Source: Calditrichia bacterium
GTDB lineage: Bacteria > Calditrichota > Calditrichia > JAJRVZ01
Assembly (NCBI GenBank): GCA_963796965.1
Contig: CAWCNS010000006.1
Coordinates: 160,001 to 224,000, forward strand
Direction of reading: 5' to 3'
Length of the DNA: 64,000 nt
Positions 56,083-64,000 of this stretch are shown piece by piece. The translations under genes and the position numbers were made by a program. Within the stretch, counting starts at the first letter, position 1. Each line of letters begins with the position of its first letter. The notes beneath the pieces were generated by a model. The model did not search any database. It saw only the letters and a list, made by a program, of their open reading frames with translations, and was not told where the DNA came from.

Positions 56083-57584
56083 ATGTTGATCAAATTTATT
56101 ACCCTAACAATCATATATTTATTAGGCAGTTTCTCATCTCCTGGTAAGAATCCCTACGATCATCTTGATAAATTAGCAAGATCTATTCCTCAAAACCCGA
56201 ATTTAATTCATGGTCTATGGAGTCTATATGTACTCGACACACAATCTAACCAGGTTATTGTCGAAATCAACAGTCTTAAAACCCTTGCCCCAGCCTCCAA
56301 CTTAAAAATATTAGTTTCGGCAGTGGCGCTTGATTTATTGGGTGAAAATAAAACATTTAATACCTACCTGGAATACAACGGTAAAATTAATCCGACGGGT
56401 GTTCTTCAGGGCGACTTGTTTATCAGGGGTGAGGGAGATCCTACGCTGGGTTCATCTGAAATAAGTAGTGTACTCTCACTTGACTCTTTATTGGATCAAT
56501 GGGTAGATGTAATAATTTCCAAAGGGATTACAAAAATTAATGGCAATATAATCGCTGATGACTCGTATCTTGACTATATGCCCTTATCCAGCAGTTGGTA
56601 TTGGAGCGATATCGGTAATTATTATGCCGCCAACACCAGTGGGTTATGTATCAATGAAAATCTCTATCATCTTTATTTCAAACCCGGTAAATGGGTTGGC
56701 AGTCAGGCATCTGTTGTACGTACCATACCAGTGGTTCCGGGACTCAGCTTTTTTCAACCATATGAAAACCGGACCGGCAGGTTCTGGTGATAATGGTTTT
56801 ATATATGCAGCACCTTGGCAATATCTTCACCAATTAGAAGGGACAATTCCAGCTGGTGTAAAGGAATTCAAAATAAAAGGTGCTTTGCCCGACCCGCCCA
56901 AGTTTGCGGCACAATCCCTACATCAAAAATTGATTGAAAACAAAATTCAAATAAGTGGTATACCAACCACTATCAGGGAGACGAATACTAATACCACAGA
57001 ACGAAATCTTATATATTCCTCCCCATCACCATTATTAAAAGACATTATTTACCGTCTTAATAAAAAAAGTGTGAATCTATATTCTGATCAGCTTATAAAA
57101 ATTATTGGAAAAGAAATAGGCGGTGTCGGCTCTTTCGAAAAAGGTATTTCTGTCATTGAAGATTGGTTAGAAGAAAAAGATATATATTCCAAGGGATTGA
57201 GTCTACATGACGGATCTGGACTATCCCGGGCCAATACAACTTCTACCAGACTTTTTGCTGAAATGCTTCAACGAATTTGTAACGAGCCTTATTTTGATAA
57301 GCTTTTATAACTCACTCGGTATTGCCGGAGATCCGGACGATATTGGCTATATGAAAAATATGGGGAGAGGCACCCGGGCAGCAAAAAATCTGAGAGCAAA
57401 AACAGGTTCTATTACAAATGTTCGTGCACATTCGGGATATGTATCAACAAAATCAGGAAAATTTTTAAGTTTTTCTATGATTGCAAATAATTATACTGGC
57501 TCTCGACGAAGTGTTGATAAATTACACGAAAAGATTATGGTTGCATTAGCTCAATCTTCCCTGACATTCAAAATATTTGACTAG
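56083..57584 (+). CDS. dacB: D-Ala-D-Ala carboxypeptidase/endopeptidase PBP4 (two indels)
   Basis: PASNLK, GEGDPTL, SVN, DGSGLSR, KTG. Confidence 0.92.
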
Positions 57585-57593
57585 AATTGGACT

Positions 57594-57621
57594 ATAGAGA
57601 CGCAATGAATCGTGTCTTTGC
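57594..57621. repeat. Degenerate REP-like palindrome
   Basis: atagagacgcaatgaatcgtgtctttgc between convergent dacB and asnB. Confidence 0.5.
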
Positions 57622-57659
57622 AATGAGACCACTGAATTTATAGACGATTAGACAGGCTC

Positions 57660-59325
57660 TCAATAACTGTCTTTATGAATCTTCTTCACAGATCTTCCGG
57701 ATGGATCAATCACTTCACTCAAAGATTTTTCCCAAGCCAACGCTTCTGGAGTACTGCAGGCAACTGATGGACCACCAGGAACACATTCAGCGGCAACATC
57801 ACTTGGAAAATGCTCTGCAAATATTTGACGATAATAGTATCCTTCTTTCGATGTGGGGGTATTAATAGGAAATCTAAAGTTTGCCGATGCCATCTGCTGA
57901 TCGGATATTTCTTCCTCTGTCATGTCTTTTAAGGTATCAATCCAGGAATAACCAACCCCGTCTGAAAATTGTTCTTTTTGGCGCCACAATATTGATTCGG
58001 GTATGTAATCCGTAAATAATTCTCTGAGAATTTGCTTCTCCATACGGCCTTCACCAGCCATTTTATTTTGCGGGTTAATGGTCATGGCGACTTCCAAAAA
58101 TTCCCGATCAAGAAATGGGACTCGTGCCTCAACCCCCCAGGCAGCCATTGACTTATTGGCCCGGAGACAGTCAAATTGATGCAGGCGACTTATTTTTCTG
58201 ACAGTTTCTACATGAAATTGCTCGGCATTTGGCGCTTTGTGAAAATAGAGATATCCCCCGAATATTTCATCTGCCCCTTCACCAGATAATACCATTTTTA
58301 CACCCATCGCTCTGATTTTTCGGGCCATCAGATACATGGGGGTGGAGGCCCGAACGGTGGTCACATCATAGGTTTCAAGATGATAAATTACTTCCTGTAA
58401 TGCATCCAATCCCTCCTGTATTGTGTAATGGAACTCATGATGTACTGATCCTATAAATGAAGCAACTTCTGCTGCCGCGATTAGATCAGGAGACTCTTGC
58501 AGCCCTATTGCAAATGTATGAAGTCTGAGGCCACCAGGCATCAGCCAAATCGTTTGTTTCGATCCGTCGGGCCGCATATTTTTTAGCGATAGCGGCGATC
58601 AGGGATGAATCCAATCCACCAGATAGTAAAATGCCATATGGAACATCAGACATTAGTTGTCTATGCACGGCTTCTTCTAAAGCATGTTTTAACTCTTTTT
58701 TATTTGTCTGATTGTCTTTTACGTTTTTATAGTCAACCCATGGACGATCATAGTATTTTGTTACTCTGCTATCTTTGCTCGACAAATAATGCCCCGGCGG
58801 GAATTCTTCAATAGACTTACAATAATCCGTCAAGGCCTTCATCTCAGAAGCTACATAAAAATTTCCATGCTCATCATGGCCCGTATAAAGGGGAACAATT
58901 CCAATATGATCCCTGGCTATAAAATAATTACCCGTCTTAATATCATACAGAACAAAGGCAAAAATTCCATTTAGTTCATTTAAAAAATCGACCCCTTTTT
59001 CTCTGTACAAGGCCAGGATGACTTCACAATCTGACTTTGTTAAAAATTCATAGTCGGTTTCTAAAGATGATTCTAATTCTTTATGGTTATAAATCTCTCC
59101 ATTAACGGAAAGTACTAATTGTCCATCTTTGCTGTATAGAGGTTGAGATCCGTTTTCTACATCAACAATGGCCAGACGTTCATGGGTGATGATAGCGCTA
59201 TCATTGACAAAAATTCCTGACCAGTCCGGGCCCCTATGTCTTAATTTCCTGGACATGTCCAAGGCTTGTTTACGGAGTTCTGCTTGGTTTGATTTTATAT
59301 TGAATATTCCTAATATTGAACACAT
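57660..59325 (-). CDS. asnB: Asparagine synthase B (one indel ~58520)
   Basis: [39 protein letters not shown]. Confidence 0.95.
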
Positions 59326-59752
59326 ATTCTAATCTTTCTATTTATATCTCAACTTTTCCTGTTGTATTTCTTGGCTCCTCAACCTGGATATTAAAATTGA
59401 AGAAACGTTAATTTACAGATATTTATCTTTCAAGTCTATATAGATGAGCCATTGAGATCAAATGGTTCTGTAAATTCCCCACTCTATTTTTTGTTTCAAC
59501 CTTTAATCTTTATCAAATGACGGATTCCAGAAAGACCACTACCAGTGGTAACTGACTTCTTTCAGAGGACCATAAATATAAGTGTCTTCAATTGTGGGAT
59601 TGATTCTATATAAGAAACATAATTGTTTTATTTCATTTAGATAGAGAAATAATTAAACTCCATCTTTATAAGAAAAATGTGATCCTGTTAATAAATATTT
59701 CATATAACCTGATTCTTTTATATATTTTTAATAATCAACGAGGAAAATTCGA

Positions 59753-60574
59753 ATGAGTTTTTTACAAATCGATCCTGAATTGGTTAACAGAATACTAAAA
59801 GAGTTTCTTTGGACCGAAACTACTAAGGCCGGATTTAAGCAAGTAATATTGGGATTATCTGGGGGTATTGATTCCGCAGTTGTGGCATACCTATGTGCTC
59901 AGACATTTGCCCCGGAGAATGTGACTGCCTTAATAATGCCTTACCGGACCAGCAATCCTGAAAATATGGACCACGCAAAAATGATCGCCAAAGATCTTAA
60001 AATTAATAGTGAGGTTCTAGATATTTCTCCAATGATTGATGCTTTTTTTAAATCTGACCCTGATGCTGATATGCTCCGGCAAGGAAATCGGATGGCCAGA
60101 GAACGTATGTGCTTTCTTTACGATTACTCATCTAAACATCGTTCCCTGGTTATGGGCACAAGTAATAAAACGGAACTTCTTTTAGGATATGGTACGATTT
60201 TTGGTGATCTGGCCAGTGCTATAAATCCAATTGGTGATTTATATAAAACACAAATCTGGCAATTGGCAGAGTATCTCAAGGTTCCAAAAGATGTCATCGA
60301 AAAGCCCCCATCTGCTGATCTTTGGGCCGGGCAAACAGATGAGGATGAAATCGGCTACACCTATGACAAAATCGATACACTTCTACATTATTTGGTAGAT
60401 CTTCGTTATTCCCGGGAGATGTTGATTGAACAGGGGTTTCCACAAGAGATGATTGATGATATTCAAAAGCGTCTTCAAATATTTCAATTCAAACGTCGCC
60501 CACCAATAATTGCCAAATTATCAAATCGAACAATAAACCAGGATTTTCGATACTGCAGGGACTGGGGAGTTTAG
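59753..60574 (+). CDS. nadE: NH3-dependent NAD+ synthetase
   Basis: [32 protein letters not shown]. Confidence 0.95.
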   Translation: MSFLQIDPELVNRILKEFLWTETTKAGFKQVILGLSGGIDSAVVAYLCAQTFAPENVTALIMPYRTSNPENMDHAKMIAKDLKINSEVLDISPMIDAFFKSDPDADMLRQGNRMARERMCFLYDYSSKHRSLVMGTSNKTELLLGYGTIFGDLASAINPIGDLYKTQIWQLAEYLKVPKDVIEKPPSADLWAGQTDEDEIGYTYDKIDTLLHYLVDLRYSREMLIEQGFPQEMIDDIQKRLQIFQFKRRPPIIAKLSNRTINQDFRYCRDWGV

Positions 60575-60577
60575 TGC

Positions 60578-61279
60578 GTGGAACTTATCGAATCGGGTAC
60601 ACTCTACTTAGTAAGCACCCCTATTGGCAATTTAGCTGATATCACTTATAGGGCTGTCCATATTCTAAGCTCCGTTGACATTATCGCAGCAGAAGATACC
60701 CGCGTTACATCAGTATTGCTTCGACATTATGATATTAAAAAAAAGGCCGTCGCTTACCATAGTTATAACCAACGTCAGCAAACTGAGCGTCTTATCCAAC
60801 TTTTGAAAGAGGATAAATCCATAGCATTGGTGTCCGATGCCGGGACACCGGGTATTTCTGATCCTGCATATACCCTGGTTCGTGGTGCTATAAGCAATAA
60901 TATCCGCATTGTACCCATTCCGGGTGCATCTGCTCTGCTCCCTGCCTTGATCGTATCCGGATTAACTTGTAACAGCTTTGTTTTTGAGGGATTTTTACCT
61001 CTGAAAAAAGGACGAAAAAAAAAGATTGAACTATTAGCCAAAGAAACCCGAACAATCATATTATATGAATCTCCACATCGTATTCTTCGTACAGTAAAAG
61101 AAATACACGCATCTTGGGGCGAACGCCAATGTGTTATGGGTCGTGAGATTACAAAAAAATTTGAAGAATTTTTCAGAGGATCCTTTACTGACCTGATAAA
61201 TAGGTTAGAAGATAAAAAAGCTAAAGGTGAAATAGTTTTAGTTATTGATGGGTCCAATGCAAATGCTGGAAAATTGTAA
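60578..61279 (+). CDS. rsmI: 16S rRNA C1402 2'-O-methyltransferase
   Basis: TPIGNLADI, AEDTR, SDAGTPGISDP, YESPHR, REITK. Confidence 0.96.
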   Translation: MELIESGTLYLVSTPIGNLADITYRAVHILSSVDIIAAEDTRVTSVLLRHYDIKKKAVAYHSYNQRQQTERLIQLLKEDKSIALVSDAGTPGISDPAYTLVRGAISNNIRIVPIPGASALLPALIVSGLTCNSFVFEGFLPLKKGRKKKIELLAKETRTIILYESPHRILRTVKEIHASWGERQCVMGREITKKFEEFFRGSFTDLINRLEDKKAKGEIVLVIDGSNANAGKL

Positions 61280-61366
61280 ATTTTTTACCCGAAATCTCCG
61301 TTAATACAGATTCTTACACAAACTTTATCCAAGAAGCAATTTCACCTTCTTCTTTCCTAAAACAAT

Positions 61367-62097
61367 ATGTCAGGACTTTCATCAAAAAGAAAAATACTGT
61401 TTACCATTCTTAAAACATATCTTTACCCGCTGCAGCTGATATGTCTTCACAGACTATAACATAGGTCATCGAAGCTATCTTTATCGGAAACCTATCTACA
61501 GCAGCATTGGCTGGCTTAGGAATTGCCCAACAGATAATTTTACTAACCTTTAGTACATTGTTGTATTGGCCACCCATCAGGTGTTTATCAGAATTCAGGG
61601 CGTCATAACAATGATTTTTTGGGGATTTGGTATTGGATCGATGACACTTGTGGGAAAGAGTCTCGGGGCTGAAGAACTAGGACAGGCGCAAAGAACAGGT
61701 ATGATCAATGGTGTGGTTGGTTTTGGTCTTGCATTGGTAATGGCCACAATATTGTTAAATTTTTCAGATAGAATTGTATCTGTTTTTACCATTGATGAGG
61801 CGGTGATCTCCCTTGGCGAGTCATTAATTTTTATCTTCGCCTTGATCCAACTTCCAAAAGGGGTTAATATTGTTTTCTCTGGAAATTTGAGAGGGAATGC
61901 AGAATTAACTTGGTTAATGTGGTTGGCGGTTTCTACTCTTACTGTAACATGAAATTTTTGGCTCTTGGTTTCTTGCTATCCCTTTGGGTTTTGGCTTATC
62001 AGGATTCTGGGTTATTCAGGGAGTCGATGAATTGACACGCTTTATATTAAACCTATGGCGATTTAATCGAGGAAAATGGAAAGAAATACCACTCTGA
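61367..62097 (+). pseudogene. MATE family transporter, about half length with indels
   Basis: FIGNLSTAALAGLG, ATHQV, LVGKSLGA, SGNLRG, RFNRGKWK motifs within ~730 bp. Confidence 0.65.
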
Positions 62098-62167
62098 TTA
62101 GCAATCTATCACATAAATTCGAACTAATGCAATTTTTGTACTCAACTAGGCAAAAAATAAGATTGAC

Positions 62168-62818
62168 ATGACTAATAATCAAAGATTTATATCATTTGAA
62201 GGAATTGATTTTTCTGGAAAAACAACTCAGATTGAGCTTCTCCGTAAAAAACTCGAGTCTGAAGGTGCTAGTGTTACTGTTATTCGGGAACCAGGTGGAA
62301 CCCATATCTCAGAACAAATTCGTGATATTTTATTAGATAAAAATCATCAGGAGATGACCGATATTTGTGAAGTCTTGCTCTATAGTGCAGCCCGGAATCA
62401 ATTAGTTACCGAGAAAATCATTCCCGAACTTCAGGCAGGGAACTTTATTATTGCAGATAGGTATGTTGACTCTACAACCGCGTATCAGGGATTTGGTCGC
62501 CGATTACCTCTATATCTTATAAAAAACATTAATCAGGCAGCAACCGGTAATTTATTACCGGGATTGACTTTTTTCCTTGACCTTGACCTCTCGGAAGTCA
62601 GCAAACGCAAACAACAGAGACGTTTGGAAGCCGATCGTTTAGAAGCTTCCGGAGATAAGTTTTATGATCGTGTTTATAAAGGATATCACAAAATTGCCGA
62701 ATTAGAACCTGAGAGGATAAAAATTATACAAGCTGGGAACCCAATTAATGAAATTTTTAAGGAGATTTGGGAATTTGTGTCCTTAAAATTAGATTTAAAT
62801 AGTATAGAACTTAAATAG
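62168..62818 (+). CDS. tmk: Thymidylate kinase
   Basis: FEGIDFSGKTTQ, REPGG, DRYVDSTTAYQG. Confidence 0.96.
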   Translation: MTNNQRFISFEGIDFSGKTTQIELLRKKLESEGASVTVIREPGGTHISEQIRDILLDKNHQEMTDICEVLLYSAARNQLVTEKIIPELQAGNFIIADRYVDSTTAYQGFGRRLPLYLIKNINQAATGNLLPGLTFFLDLDLSEVSKRKQQRRLEADRLEASGDKFYDRVYKGYHKIAELEPERIKIIQAGNPINEIFKEIWEFVSLKLDLNSIELK

Positions 62819-62827
62819 GTAGAAAGT

Positions 62828-64000
62828 ATGAATCGAAAAAATGTAATAATTACCCTTTTTAGCATCTTCGTTCTGATAACGCCATTGGTTTATCAGTCAA
62901 CCTACCTGCAAGCAGAAGAAAATGACTATTATTCAAAAATCCGTAAAGGCTTAAAATATTTTCAAAAAGTCTATGACCGGGTTCAATCACATTATGTTGA
63001 AGAGATTGATCCATACGAATTTGTAAAGGCAGGAATTGAAGGAATGCTTGAAACCCTTGACCCCTATACCGTCTTTATTGAGGAAGATGGTGAGGCACGT
63101 CTAAGGATTATCACGACTGGTAAATATGGTGGACTCGGGATGGAAATTGGCACACGTAATGATCGTGTAACTATTATCAGCCCAATGGACAATTCGCCCG
63201 CAAAAAAAGCTGGAATACAAGCGGGTGACATGATTGAGAAAATTAATGATGTTAATGTTAGCAAATTTTCTTTGGAGAAAATATCTCGCAAATTGCGTGG
63301 CCCGATCGGAAGCGAAGTAGAATTAACACTTAAACGACCGGGATATAAGGGTGAAATAATCATGCGCATCAACCGAGCTGAAATTGTCATTGAAGATGTT
63401 AATTATTCCGGATTTATTGAACCCGGAGTGGCCTATGTACGCCTAACCGGTTTCACCGACAAAGCAGGAACTGAATTGCGAAAAGCTATCAATGATCTCC
63501 GGGAAAATGGTACTATAAATGCCTTTATTTTGGATTTGCGTGGGAATTCAGGGGGTCTGTTAGAAGCTGCTGTTGAAGTTCTGGGTGTATTTTTGCCCAA
63601 AGGAACAACTGTTGTTAAAACCAAGGGATTTCGTGATGGTGAGCATTCCTTCGAAACACATACAACACCGATGCTCTTGAACACACCTCTCGCCCTAATG
63701 GTAGACAGAGGGAGCGCCAGTGCATCAGAAATTGTTGCCGGAGCCCTACAGGATCTTGATAGAGCCATTATTGTCGGTACCAGAACATTTGGCAAGGGAT
63801 TGGTTCAAAAGGTGTATAATATAGATAAAAACAGCAACACAAAAATCAAAATTACGACAGCAAAATACTATATTCCTAGTGGACGTTGCGTACAAAAGCA
63901 AAACTATACCAATAACAAAGCTGTGTTTTATAACACATCAGAGGATACAATCGGAGCGACAATTGACAATCAAACATTTTATACAATCAATAAAAGGATT
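62828..64000 (+). CDS. S41 C-terminal processing protease (runs off window)
   Basis: Manual translation: LDPYT, YGGLGMEI, PDZ domain, DLRGNSGG, SASASEIVAGALQD, TFGKGLVQ. Confidence 0.93.
   Translation, partial: MNRKNVIITLFSIFVLITPLVYQSTYLQAEENDYYSKIRKGLKYFQKVYDRVQSHYVEEIDPYEFVKAGIEGMLETLDPYTVFIEEDGEARLRIITTGKYGGLGMEIGTRNDRVTIISPMDNSPAKKAGIQAGDMIEKINDVNVSKFSLEKISRKLRGPIGSEVELTLKRPGYKGEIIMRINRAEIVIEDVNYSGFIEPGVAYVRLTGFTDKAGTELRKAINDLRENGTINAFILDLRGNSGGLLEAAVEVLGVFLPKGTTVVKTKGFRDGEHSFETHTTPMLLNTPLALMVDRGSASASEIVAGALQDLDRAIIVGTRTFGKGLVQKVYNIDKNSNTKIKITTAKYYIPSGRCVQKQNYTNNKAVFYNTSEDTIGATIDNQTFYTINKRI

Noticed and set aside
63064..63795. Two minus-strand ORFs at the window end
   Set aside because: Antisense to the S41 protease, which the track omitted because it has no stop inside the window.

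Overview
Low-GC bacterial chromosome segment made mostly of housekeeping genes (sdhCA, hflX, glyQS-recO-mgtE-rsmA-tatD, metG, ricT/holB, exbD-exbB-tonB, lptD, rnr, prmC-prfA, rpmE-rho-folC, uppS, lepA-lepB-hemW, etfBA plus acyl-CoA dehydrogenase, a sigma-70 factor, lysA-alr, tyrS-smpB, tRNA-Leu, dacB, asnB, nadE-rsmI, tmk, an S41 protease). The gene set (LptD, TonB/Exb, alpha2-type GlyRS, Bacteroidota-type SdhA, DUF4835) suggests a diderm FCB-related lineage such as Calditrichota; this is inference. Many essential genes are split by single-base indels, most likely long-read consensus errors. The standout is 5.7-9.7 kb: a ~10-TM orphan membrane protein apparently coupled to a soluble PAS-HisKA-HATPase-REC hybrid kinase, followed on the same strand by four tiny genes, three of them missed by the ORF track. 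Each has its own RBS and encodes an MKK-hydrophobic leader and a proline-rich tail. Three lie at an exact 196-bp period and share the invariant core YSSIVPAKPPKVPPKE. This is a candidate peptide-signalling (quorum-sensing-like) module of an unfamiliar type. Product names come from motif recognition by eye; no database search was run.
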